NCBI RefSeq assembly: GCF_000018105.1
Contig: NC_009925.1
Coordinates: 1,800,001 to 1,832,000 of the forward strand
Origin: Acaryochloris marina MBIC11017
GTDB taxonomy: Bacteria; Cyanobacteriota; Cyanobacteriia; Thermosynechococcales; Thermosynechococcaceae
Direction: 5' to 3'
Length of the DNA: 32,000 nt
Part shown: positions 16,762-25,899 of the stretch, in pieces
Layout of the letters: every line of letters begins with the position of its first letter
Numbering within the stretch: the first letter of the stretch is position 1
Notes under the pieces: generated by a model
The model's input: only the letters and a program-made list of their open reading frames with translations
What the model was told of the DNA's origin: nothing
Database searches by the model: none
Position numbers and translations under genes: made by a program

Positions 16762-19146
16762 TCAGTGAGAACTATATTTTGCCTGCAGGGAAAGCCGCCT
16801 TAACTGCAGAGAATTCGTCACGACACTGACAGAGCTGAATGCCATCAGAGCTGCTGACGAAGCAGGACTCAGCAAAATTCCAAATTTAGGGAGAAGGATT
16901 CCTGCCGCGATGGGCAGCCCTATGAGGTTATAAATCAATGCCCAAAACAGATTCTGCTGAATTTTGCGAAAAGTTGCTCGACTCAGGCGTAAAACGTCTA
17001 CCAGGCGATATAGAGGATTAGCATCTCCAGACATCAGGATAATTTGGGCCGTTTCTATGGCCACATCTGTCCCCCCACTAAGAGAAATGCCCACATCAGC
17101 CTGGGCCAAAGCAGGCGCATCATTAATCCCATCTCCAACCATGCCGACTTGATGGCCTTGTGCTTGCAGGTCGGCAATGACTGCCGCTTTATCCCCAGGG
17201 GTCACACCAGCCCGCACTGCCGTTGGATCTAACCCCAGTTCTTGGGCCACGATATGGGCTGTCTCAGCTTGATCACCTGTCAGCATCTGTATCCGCAAAC
17301 CCAGGCCTTTGAGATCTTTCAGGGTTTGGGCTGCATCAGATCTCAAAGTGTCTTGAACGGCCACCCCCCCGACATAGGTCTGGTCAGTAGCCAAATGAAT
17401 CAGCGTCTTACCCGCTTGGGCCAGATGATGGCCCTGGTGCTGATCCTGGGGTGGAATCACAATGCCGCAGTCTTGTAGCCATTGTGCAGAACCCAAGCGA
17501 ATAAAAGTCCCCTCCAACTGGCCTTTAATGCCACATCCAGGCACCGTCTCTAAGGCAGTTGCTGAGGCGTAAGCAAGATCCTGAGCATCAGCCTGTTCCA
17601 CAATCGCAGTGGCCAGGGGATGACGACTGCCTTTTTCCAGACTGGCTGCTAACTGCAAAACGGTCTGGGATGAGAGATGATCTCCCACCGGGAGCGCTGG
17701 CAAACCTTCGGACACCCAATAATCTGTGACCTGGGGATGGCCTGTGGTGAGGGTACCCGTTTTATCAAAAATGAGGGTATCGAGACGATCCACTTGCTCT
17801 AATACATCTCCTCCTCGAATTAACAGGCCTCGCTCCGCCCCCAAGCTCGTTCCAACCAAAATGGCCGTGGGAGTTGCCAAACCCAATGCACAGGGACAGG
17901 CGATGACGAGAACGGCAATCGCCAGCTTGAGTCCCAGTAGAATGCCAGCAGATCGGGGGGCCATCTCTGCCATACCGACATCTGGGCTATGCATCATCGG
18001 TAGGGTGCCTGAGGCTAAAACGTCAGGCCAAAGATGAACACCAATCCCTACCCAAAACAGAAAAGTCAGAGTTGCGATCGCAAGGACGCCATAGGTGAAA
18101 TATCCAGCCACTCGATCCGCAAATTGTTGAATCGGGGCTTTTCGGGTTTGGGCCGTTTCCACCAGATCAATAATTTGAGCAAGGGTCGTTTGTTGGCCGG
18201 TGCGGGTGGCTTCAATCGTAATCAGGGCCGATTGGTTTAGCGTACCTGCCACCACTTCATCGCCAGACGCTTTCGGGACAGGCATTGCTTCCCCCGTTAA
18301 CATAGCCTCATCTACCAAGGTGCTTCCCTCTAGAACCCGACCATCTACAGGGAATTTATCGCCTGGTAAGACCTGCAACCAAGCGCCAATCTGGACATCT
18401 CGAACTGGAATATCTACCGTTCGGTCTGGCTGAGTCTCTGGATTGGGGAGCCATCGAGCCACCATCGGTTGCAGGGCGAGGAGCTTCTCTAATGAAGCTT
18501 TAGTCCGTCCCCTAGCCTGAGCTTCTAGGGCACGTCCCAGCAGAATCAGCCCCACAATCATCACCGGAGCATCGAAAAAGCAGTCCCAATATAATTGGGG
18601 CCAAACCACTGCCACGACGCTGGCTAGATAGGCCGTGATGCTACCTAAGCTAATCAGAGTGTTCATATTGGGGCGATTTTGCCACAGCCCCTGCCAGCCT
18701 TCTTGCAGAATAGGACGTCCAGGTCCGAGCAAGGCGAGGGTTGCTAATCCCCAGTGAAATTGGATACTGGTGAGCCAAGGCAAGGTGAAGCCAGGGATAT
18801 GCCCCAAATGCCCTACCCCCGACAGTACGACCAGTACCGTCGCGAGTACTAGAGGTTGAATTTCTTTGAGGGGTTGTGGCGGCAGGGGTTCAGCCTCTTC
18901 TTCTCGGTTCTGAATATGGCTGGGGAATCCTGCGATGGTTAAGACCTGCGCTAAGCTAGCTGGCTCAATCTCTTGGGGAACATATTCAATTGCGGCTTGT
19001 TCCATGACTAGATTGACCACCGCTGTGGCCACACCAGGCTGTTGCTGCAGGCGTTTTTCCACGGCCTGGACGCATCCTGCGCATTTCATACCGGAAACCG
19101 CGAGAACCACCTGTTGGGTGGAGGGGGGAGGCGATAGAGAAGTCAT
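16762..19146 (-). CDS. Copper(I)-translocating P1B-type ATPase (CtaA/PacS class)
   Basis: N-terminal HMA domain GMKCAGCVQAV, TM6 CPC (IACPCALGLATP), DKTGTLT, SRHPLA, GDGINDAP. Confidence 0.92.
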   Translation of the reverse strand: MTSLSPPPSTQQVVLAVSGMKCAGCVQAVEKRLQQQPGVATAVVNLVMEQAAIEYVPQEIEPASLAQVLTIAGFPSHIQNREEEAEPLPPQPLKEIQPLVLATVLVVLSGVGHLGHIPGFTLPWLTSIQFHWGLATLALLGPGRPILQEGWQGLWQNRPNMNTLISLGSITAYLASVVAVVWPQLYWDCFFDAPVMIVGLILLGRALEAQARGRTKASLEKLLALQPMVARWLPNPETQPDRTVDIPVRDVQIGAWLQVLPGDKFPVDGRVLEGSTLVDEAMLTGEAMPVPKASGDEVVAGTLNQSALITIEATRTGQQTTLAQIIDLVETAQTRKAPIQQFADRVAGYFTYGVLAIATLTFLFWVGIGVHLWPDVLASGTLPMMHSPDVGMAEMAPRSAGILLGLKLAIAVLVIACPCALGLATPTAILVGTSLGAERGLLIRGGDVLEQVDRLDTLIFDKTGTLTTGHPQVTDYWVSEGLPALPVGDHLSSQTVLQLAASLEKGSRHPLATAIVEQADAQDLAYASATALETVPGCGIKGQLEGTFIRLGSAQWLQDCGIVIPPQDQHQGHHLAQAGKTLIHLATDQTYVGGVAVQDTLRSDAAQTLKDLKGLGLRIQMLTGDQAETAHIVAQELGLDPTAVRAGVTPGDKAAVIADLQAQGHQVGMVGDGINDAPALAQADVGISLSGGTDVAIETAQIILMSGDANPLYRLVDVLRLSRATFRKIQQNLFWALIYNLIGLPIAAGILLPKFGILLSPASSAALMAFSSVSVVTNSLQLRRLSLQAKYSSH

Positions 19147-20609
19147 CCGTTTCTACCCTGACAAGATTGCCAACGATTGATTGATAACAGCATGGCATCC
19201 ATAGCTTGCCGCCGTTTGCTGCTCGATTGATTGTATTGATTAAACATCAGACTAAACAGTACCGGTGAAGATTGAGGGTGTTGGAGGTAGCCCGTTAAGG
19301 TCGACACCCCGCGCATCCCCCCACTTTTACTCCAGAGGGCTGAGGGTGAATTTTGCCCAATAGAGTCTTTAGGTAAAGACGTCTGAAAGGTAGAGGCGTG
19401 GGGAGATTTGAGAATGCCATTTAAAGTTTGAGTTAGGGCCAGGGGGCTGACCAAGTTTTGTCGAGATAAACCAGAGCCATCGGCCACTGCATAGGTGGAC
19501 GCATTGACCCCTAGTTGGGTGAGAGTTTGTTTTAAAGCCTTTAAACCTTGCTGATGGGTATTTTGTGAAGTTTGCTTTTGGGCTGCCCCCAAGGCTTTGA
19601 CTAGAGCTTCTGCGTAAAGATTATTGCTCTCTTGGTTCGTAATTTTAATCAGCGTTGTCAGAGGCGACGATTGGATCTGCGTGAGGCGCTGTTCTGATTT
19701 GCCTTTTAAAGCAGCATTGCGTTCTTGAGGGGTCGATAGAAGTGATAATCGCCCTACTTTAATCTGTTGAGCCGCCAAGATGGCCCGAAATCGCTTGAGT
19801 AAAAACCAGCCTGGATCAATAACGGCTACGGCAGAGCGATCGTGAGGGGCACCGGCTCGCAGCTGTCCTGTAATCTCAATTTCTAAAGTATTTCCCTTGA
19901 GGCGGCGGACAATTTCTATATATTCTGGGGCATTTTGAGCTACGGTGCGGGTGCGATTGATCTGTCGCCATGGGCCAATGGGGTGAGGAGAAAGCCATTC
20001 GACGCGGAGGGGCTGGCCTAGTGCTTGGGGCCAGATTTTTAGCTCATAGGCATTTTGATTGAGGATCAGGCTATTAACGGGAGCGCCATAGCCCGCCTGC
20101 AGATCTTCCCATTCCCAGGACGGAACGATGCCTGGCCCCTGAAAATAGGTGTCATCTCCCAGGAGATGGTTGATTTGGCGGATGCCTTTTTGTTTAAGTT
20201 GGGTGGCGATTTGCTGTAGCTGCTGATCAGAAAGGGTGGGGTCGCCTCGACCTACGATGCGTAAATGGTCAAGAGCAGGACCTGTCCCAGAACCATAAAT
20301 ATCGGTCTGAATCCGAAATTGAGGACCTAGCCGAGTCAGTGCCGCGGCTGTCGTCATCACCTTGGTGGTAGACGCGGGCAGGAAATAGCGCTGGGCGTCC
20401 TTGGTGTAAAGCGGTTGGGAGGCTTGAAGGGGTTGAACGGCGATCCCTAAACGAGCTTGAGTGAAGAGGGGTTGGGATGCGATCTCATCCATGTCTCGCT
20501 GCAGTTGTGCCACGCATTGGGGCTTCAGGGATGGGGCACCTTGGGCGGCGACGGACATACTTAGCAGCCCAACGACCAAGCCACCCTTAATAACATTGTC
20601 CCCAGACAT
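19143..20609 (-). CDS. dacB: D-alanyl-D-alanine carboxypeptidase/endopeptidase, PBP4 family (peptidase S13)
   Basis: 488 aa. Signal-like N-terminus, SxxK motif PASTTKVMT, and typical PBP4 blocks (RIVGRGDPTL, ADGSGLSR, KSGGMRGVSTLTGY = KTG-like). Confidence 0.85.
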   Translation of the reverse strand: MSGDNVIKGGLVVGLLSMSVAAQGAPSLKPQCVAQLQRDMDEIASQPLFTQARLGIAVQPLQASQPLYTKDAQRYFLPASTTKVMTTAAALTRLGPQFRIQTDIYGSGTGPALDHLRIVGRGDPTLSDQQLQQIATQLKQKGIRQINHLLGDDTYFQGPGIVPSWEWEDLQAGYGAPVNSLILNQNAYELKIWPQALGQPLRVEWLSPHPIGPWRQINRTRTVAQNAPEYIEIVRRLKGNTLEIEITGQLRAGAPHDRSAVAVIDPGWFLLKRFRAILAAQQIKVGRLSLLSTPQERNAALKGKSEQRLTQIQSSPLTTLIKITNQESNNLYAEALVKALGAAQKQTSQNTHQQGLKALKQTLTQLGVNASTYAVADGSGLSRQNLVSPLALTQTLNGILKSPHASTFQTSLPKDSIGQNSPSALWSKSGGMRGVSTLTGYLQHPQSSPVLFSLMFNQYNQSSSKRRQAMDAMLLSINRWQSCQGRNG

Positions 20610-20755
20610 TCCATGCTCTCCTGATGATAGGAGCCAGCTTAACGTGAATTGAGAAGGGGTTATTCAGCCTTCAGACCGACTTTAGGATTGATGTCTTCAA
20701 TCCCTTTCTGCAAATGCCTCCCACTACAATAGAAGTAGGACAACCTTAGGGAATC

Positions 20756-22345
20756 ATGGATGCTGCCTTACCCCTCCTCGTTCAGCGGATGCTGCAGCCG
20801 GACTTCTATCCCCATCCGGTTCAGACCCCAGTGCAGCTTTTACAAACCCATATTTCCTATGTGTTCTTGACGGGAGAGTTTGCTTACAAAGTTAAAAAGC
20901 CGACCCAGTTTGGACGGCTAGACTTTTCCAACCTGGAACAACGAGCCTATTTCTGTCAAGAGGAATTGCGCTTGAATCGCCGTCTGTCTCCTGGACTCTA
21001 TTTGGCCGTTCTGCCGATTTATGGGAACGACGGAGACTACTACCTCAAACGGCCTCCTGAGCCTGGCGCTGAAATTGTAGACTATGCCCTACAAATGCGG
21101 CAGTTCGACCAAGAGGGCTTGTTTAGCCATCTCTTAAACCAAGGCCAATTAACAGCAGCTAATATGCAGCAATTGGGGCAAAGCGTAGCTCGCTTTCATG
21201 CCACTGCGGAGACCAGTCCCGAAATTCAGGCCAATGGCACCCTAGAATCCCTGCAAGCCATTGATGAAGAGAACTACACTCTCACCCAAGCCTTTATGGG
21301 TAAGTCCCAAACCAAAGAGCAGTGGCAACAGACCCGGCGGTTTACCCAGCAATTTTGGCAAGATCATCAAGATTGGCTGCAACAGCGCCAAGACAAAATT
21401 CGAGACTGCCATGGCGATTTACATCTTAATAATGTGTGTTTGCATCAGGATCGAATTCAAATCTTTGATTGCATCGAATTTTGCCGGGAATTTCGCCATA
21501 TTGATGTGATGTATGACGTGGCATTTATGGTGATGGATTTAGACTTTCTCCATCGAAAGGATCTCGCCAATGTCTTTTTGAATACATATTTGGAAAAGAC
21601 CGGGGATTATGAAGGCGCTTTGTTGTTACCCGCTTACTTGAGTATGCGGGCAACGATTCGCGGAAATGTTAATAGCATGACCGCCCAGAATATAGCCACT
21701 TCAGACTACCGTTCTTCGCAGAAACTTTACTGGCAAAACGCTAAAGAGTACTTTGCTTTAGCCCATCAATACACTCAACCTCGACAGGGACAGATTATCC
21801 TCATGTCTGGCTTGTCAGGATCGGGAAAAAGCACGGTCGCGCATCGTCTAGCGCCGCACCTCAATGCCATCCATATTCGTTCAGATGCAGTGCGAAAACA
21901 CCTAGCGGGCATTTCTTTAGATGAATCGGGAGCTGGGCCGGACTCTATTTACACCCCAGCCATGACCCAACGGACCTATCAACGCTTAAGGGAACTGGGA
22001 ATATCCCTGGCACAAATGGGATGGACTGTGATTTTAGACGCCAAGTACGATCGGGTGCAGCTCCGTGAGCAGGTGTTGACTCAGGCGGAGTTGGCCCAAA
22101 TCCCAGTGCAGATTTTGTTCTGTACAGCCCCGGTAGCTGAGTTGCGATCGCGCCTCCAAAACCGCCGAGGAGACATTTCAGATGCCACACCAGACCTGTT
22201 GGTCCACCAAAAACAAACATTCCAAGCTTTTACGACGGCAGAAAAGCCAAAGGTGACTCAATTCGAGACTCAACAAGATTTGGATGCTCAATTAACATCT
22301 TTTTGCCAGCGTCTCGCCAAAAGGGATAATGTCAGGTTAATCTGA
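20756..22345 (+). CDS. Bifunctional phosphotransferase-like (APH/choline-kinase fold) plus P-loop kinase (AAA_33-like) protein
   Basis: The N-terminal ~330 aa carry the catalytic loop CHGDLHLNNV and FDCIEF. The C-terminal ~170 aa carry Walker A GLSGSGKST. Confidence 0.8.
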   Translation: MDAALPLLVQRMLQPDFYPHPVQTPVQLLQTHISYVFLTGEFAYKVKKPTQFGRLDFSNLEQRAYFCQEELRLNRRLSPGLYLAVLPIYGNDGDYYLKRPPEPGAEIVDYALQMRQFDQEGLFSHLLNQGQLTAANMQQLGQSVARFHATAETSPEIQANGTLESLQAIDEENYTLTQAFMGKSQTKEQWQQTRRFTQQFWQDHQDWLQQRQDKIRDCHGDLHLNNVCLHQDRIQIFDCIEFCREFRHIDVMYDVAFMVMDLDFLHRKDLANVFLNTYLEKTGDYEGALLLPAYLSMRATIRGNVNSMTAQNIATSDYRSSQKLYWQNAKEYFALAHQYTQPRQGQIILMSGLSGSGKSTVAHRLAPHLNAIHIRSDAVRKHLAGISLDESGAGPDSIYTPAMTQRTYQRLRELGISLAQMGWTVILDAKYDRVQLREQVLTQAELAQIPVQILFCTAPVAELRSRLQNRRGDISDATPDLLVHQKQTFQAFTTAEKPKVTQFETQQDLDAQLTSFCQRLAKRDNVRLI

Positions 22346-22482
22346 GGGCAGAAGATGGAAAAAAAGATTATAGTTCAGTCAGAGTGTAAATCATTATTTG
22401 GCACTGACCGGCCTGGCTATTGCATATCTAAAGGCGGGGGGGAAACGCTCGAGTGCAGTAAATAAAAAGGACGATTATCCCT

Positions 22483-23988
22483 GTGGCAAACACGGCCCAC
22501 CTCCGACTCATAAAACGCGGAGTTAAACATTGGAATAACTGGCGCAAAGACAAGTTTTCCGATCAACCCGATTTATCTGAAGCTGATCTCAGTGGGTTAG
22601 ACCTACGAGGAGCCAATCTGATTGGCGCAGACTTGAACCATGCGAATTTAACGGGTGCAGATCTAAGTGGGGCCTATTTAAGTGTTGCCAATTTATCCCA
22701 TGCTTATCTCAGTGAAGCCAAACTGACAGGTGCAAATCTTGGCAAAGCCAATCTAGAAGCGGTGGATCTCAGCTTTGCCAACCTCGAACAATCTATTCTT
22801 ATAGAAACTCGGCTAGCAAGAGCATTGCTTGTCGAAGCCAACTTAACCCAGGCTGTTCTCAATTTTGCAGATTTAAGCCGCACCAACTTAAGTAAGGCAA
22901 ATCTCCGTAAAGCACATCTGATCAAAGCAATTCTGCTAGAAGCAAACTTAAGTGATGTCAACCTAAAAGGCGCGAATCTCAATCGAGCCCTATTAAGTGA
23001 GGCAGATTTAACCCGGGCCAATTTAAGCAACATTAACCTCAGCAAAGCAGACCTCAGTTTTGCCCGGTTAATTGAAGCCGATCTACATGGTGCCAATCTG
23101 AACGGTATTATCCTGATTGAGGCCAACTTGCGAGGTGCCAATCTACAGGGCAGCACCCTGAAAAAAGGCCAACTCTGTCGGGCTAATTTAGGCGCCGTCG
23201 ATTTAAGCAATGCGGATATCAAAAGCACCAATCTCAGTGATAGTGATTTAATTAACGCCAATCTCAGTAAAGCGCTACTTGTTGACACCAACCTGAGTGA
23301 TGCCCAACTGGCAGGGGCTAATTGCCACAAAGCCAGCTTTCTCCATGCCAATCTCAATAAAGCGAATTTATGTGAGACCAACTTAACGGCAGCGGATTTG
23401 AGAGAGGCAGATTTACGCAAGGCCGATCTGACCCGGAGCCAAATTCAGGCGGCCAACCTATCCATGACCAACTTGACAGCAGCCTGCCTGGAAGAAGTGG
23501 GCTTAAACCGCAGTACCAAGTTTGACCATACGATTTGTGAGCATGTCTACTTAAAAAGGCATGAGCAAGACCGTCAGCCCAGCCACGGTAAATTTCTGGC
23601 TGGCGAACTCGCACAACTACTATGGACCAGCTCTGAAACCATTAACCTTAACTTTCATAACGGGGTCAATTGGGCGGCCTTTGCCAATTCTTTGAAACGA
23701 ATCCAACGGACCTATCCCCAAGCCCAAATGGGTATTCAATGTATTGAACATAAAGGCAATGGAGTCATTCTGGTGAAGGTTCATACGGCTCCGAATGTGG
23801 ACCAAGAAAAGGTGCATAAGGAATTGATGCTGGCCTACGTCAACACCCGCCGCCAAATGAATCAAGATCAAAAAGATCAGGGGATGGGTAAGGTCACCAC
23901 CCAAGAATCTTTGCAATTACAAAATCCCCAAGACATCATCAATAACTTGTTTGACTTACTCAATCCAGCCGTCAGTACTCTGCCCTAA
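22483..23988 (+). CDS. Large pentapeptide-repeat protein with a non-repeat C-terminal domain
   Basis: About 330 aa of uninterrupted A(D/N)LxX pentapeptides (residues ~30-360), then a ~140-aa non-repetitive tail. GTG start. Confidence 0.85.
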   Translation: MANTAHLRLIKRGVKHWNNWRKDKFSDQPDLSEADLSGLDLRGANLIGADLNHANLTGADLSGAYLSVANLSHAYLSEAKLTGANLGKANLEAVDLSFANLEQSILIETRLARALLVEANLTQAVLNFADLSRTNLSKANLRKAHLIKAILLEANLSDVNLKGANLNRALLSEADLTRANLSNINLSKADLSFARLIEADLHGANLNGIILIEANLRGANLQGSTLKKGQLCRANLGAVDLSNADIKSTNLSDSDLINANLSKALLVDTNLSDAQLAGANCHKASFLHANLNKANLCETNLTAADLREADLRKADLTRSQIQAANLSMTNLTAACLEEVGLNRSTKFDHTICEHVYLKRHEQDRQPSHGKFLAGELAQLLWTSSETINLNFHNGVNWAAFANSLKRIQRTYPQAQMGIQCIEHKGNGVILVKVHTAPNVDQEKVHKELMLAYVNTRRQMNQDQKDQGMGKVTTQESLQLQNPQDIINNLFDLLNPAVSTLP

Positions 23989-24137
23989 ATATCCGCTCTA
24001 GTCACGAAGGAATGGGGCAAGTCTGGGGATTGATCCCCATGAATGGAAATTTGGCTTAATTATTTTAGTCTTTGGCAAAAAATTACCTAGGATTATTGCA
24101 CGCAGGGAGCGACATTTAAATCCGGAGGAAATTTGTC

Positions 24138-24992
24138 ATGCGCTGGAAAATGGGCCGAAGAAGCACTAATGTTGAGGATCGGCGGGGTGGTTCTTCAATG
24201 CCAACGGCGGCAGGAGGCGGACTAGGTATCCTGGTGATCACCCTAGTTGCGGCCTTTTTTGGTATCGACCCGAGCTTAATTTTAGATCAGGCCAACCAGT
24301 TTGATAATCCCCCGACCACCTCAGCGCCAGATAGGCGACCTGCGGCTGAAAATGAGCTAGCCGACTTCGTCTCTGTCGTACTTGCTGATACGGAAGACAC
24401 TTGGGAGACCTTGTTTCGCCAAGGTGGGCAAACTTACCGAAAACCCAAGCTGGTGTTATTTTCCGGTCAGACATCGTCTGCCTGCGGACTAGGGAAAGCG
24501 GCGATGGGGCCTTTCTATTGCCCTGCGGATCAGAAAGTCTATATCGATCTGAGCTTTTATAAAGACCTCAAAGAAAGGCACCAGGCTCCAGGTGATTTCG
24601 CCCAAGCTTATGTGATTGCTCACGAGGTGGGACACCATGTCCAAACTCTACTGGGCGTTTCTCGTAAAGTCTATGAGTTAAGAAGCCGGGTTAGCAAAGT
24701 AGAAGGCAATCAGCTTTCCGTGCGCCAAGAACTCCAAGCAGATTGCTTTGCTGGGATTTGGGCACATCATGCCAATCGAACCCGCCAAATTTTGGAACAA
24801 GGCGATATAGAAGAAGCTTTGAATGCAGCGAGTAGTATTGGCGATGATCGCTTACAGCAGCAAGCGGGCGGCCGTGTAACCCCCGAGTCTTTTACCCATG
24901 GGAGTTCTGCCCAGCGCGTGAAATGGTTCAAGGTGGGCTTGCAAACTGGGAGTCTCAAAGATTGTGACACCTTCGCGACGCGCAACCTCTAA
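24138..24992 (+). CDS. ypfJ: YpfJ-family neutral zinc metallopeptidase
   Basis: MRWKMGRRSTNVEDRRG, one TM helix, MGPFYCPADQKVYIDLSFY, zinc motif AHEVGHHVQ, ELQADCFAG, GDDRLQQQ..FTHGSSAQR. Collinear with E. coli YpfJ as I recall it. GGAGG lies 8 nt before the ATG. Confidence 0.9.
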   Translation: MRWKMGRRSTNVEDRRGGSSMPTAAGGGLGILVITLVAAFFGIDPSLILDQANQFDNPPTTSAPDRRPAAENELADFVSVVLADTEDTWETLFRQGGQTYRKPKLVLFSGQTSSACGLGKAAMGPFYCPADQKVYIDLSFYKDLKERHQAPGDFAQAYVIAHEVGHHVQTLLGVSRKVYELRSRVSKVEGNQLSVRQELQADCFAGIWAHHANRTRQILEQGDIEEALNAASSIGDDRLQQQAGGRVTPESFTHGSSAQRVKWFKVGLQTGSLKDCDTFATRNL

Positions 24993-25017
24993 AGAAAACC
25001 TGATGGACGCCTGAACT

Positions 25018-25530
25018 TTAAGCCGCATGTCCCCACCGAGGCGTTAAATTATGCACTTTAGGCGGGGAAGCTTTGCTAGAAGTCACTTCATAAAGTTTAG
25101 GAATTTCTTTACTGTTGTACACTCGGAATTCTTTCTGAATCGTTGTTTCAACAGCGCGAACCGCTTGATTCAGTACAACTGAACCGTCAGCATCGGAAAT
25201 GGAACGATGAAACGTTCCCGGTGGAATCCTTAATATTTCCTTACCTGCTTCTAGTCTGACAATATGAAATGACTTTTCCCATTGAAAATTGACAAGATAG
25301 AAGGTGCGACCACCGGATAGCGCTAATAAATTATCTTCTTGATTGGGGTGCAAGTAAAACTGCCAAAAATCATCGGCAGTATTGTGAGGGCTAATCGCTG
25401 GACCCTCGTGATAAACCAAATCTCGAGCATTAGATGCAGGAATGGTGATATCGAAAAAACGAACCTTAGGTGTATCTCGAAACCTCTCGTAGGAGATGAG
25501 CTCAAACATAGATTTAAAATATTGCTTCAA
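25018..25530 (-). CDS. Cupin-fold hypothetical protein
   Basis: Cupin-like motif 1 FYLHPNQEDNLLALSG and motif 2 IPPGTFHRSIS. The gene and its upstream spacer look more AT-rich than the neighbours by eye. Confidence 0.55.
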   Translation of the reverse strand: MKQYFKSMFELISYERFRDTPKVRFFDITIPASNARDLVYHEGPAISPHNTADDFWQFYLHPNQEDNLLALSGGRTFYLVNFQWEKSFHIVRLEAGKEILRIPPGTFHRSISDADGSVVLNQAVRAVETTIQKEFRVYNSKEIPKLYEVTSSKASPPKVHNLTPRWGHAA

Positions 25531-25899
25531 TACAGAATGCGATTAGAAAAAGAAAAATTAATGCGAAAAAATTGATTCTTCCTGTTCGGGAAAAACCAAT
25601 TCGCTTTCTTTACATATATTTACGCTTTTGTGGCTATCAGAAAGTAGCTAATTACACAATTCATGAATTGCATCAATAGCATTGCTTTATTGAAAATTAT
25701 GCATAATCATTCAATATCCTCCTGAATGAGGCGCATGTCTGCATGTGGAGGTTTCTTTCGGGCTTGTTGAGTCAACTGGCATGAACCGAATAGCAGAAGT
25801 TTGCCGTTCCATAAGAATTTTATGGCTAGACGTTCAGTCAAAGGCTTGACTTGCCCATACTAAGTACAGTGTTTACTCAGACTTAGGATTGGATGTAGT

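Noticed and set aside
16964-18433. Several 60-100-codon + strand ORFs inside the Cu-ATPase gene. Similar ORFs lie inside sigA, devA/B/C, the SulP gene, pheA and the GGDEF gene.
   Set aside because: They are embedded in and antisense to, or out of frame with, genes carrying unambiguous catalytic motifs. They have no independent signals.
22704-23420. 238-codon ORF on the minus strand inside the large pentapeptide gene (LRL/ALL-rich peptide).
   Set aside because: It is an antisense shadow of the 15-nt periodic pentapeptide repeats, with a low-complexity Leu/Arg/Ala/Ser peptide. The same applies to 8815-9165 opposite the small pentapeptide gene.
25696-25707. ATTATGCATAATCATT, considered as a second Fur box.
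   Set aside because: Only about 11 of 19 positions match the consensus in the best register. I kept it only as a generic palindrome in the cupin/FHA spacer.
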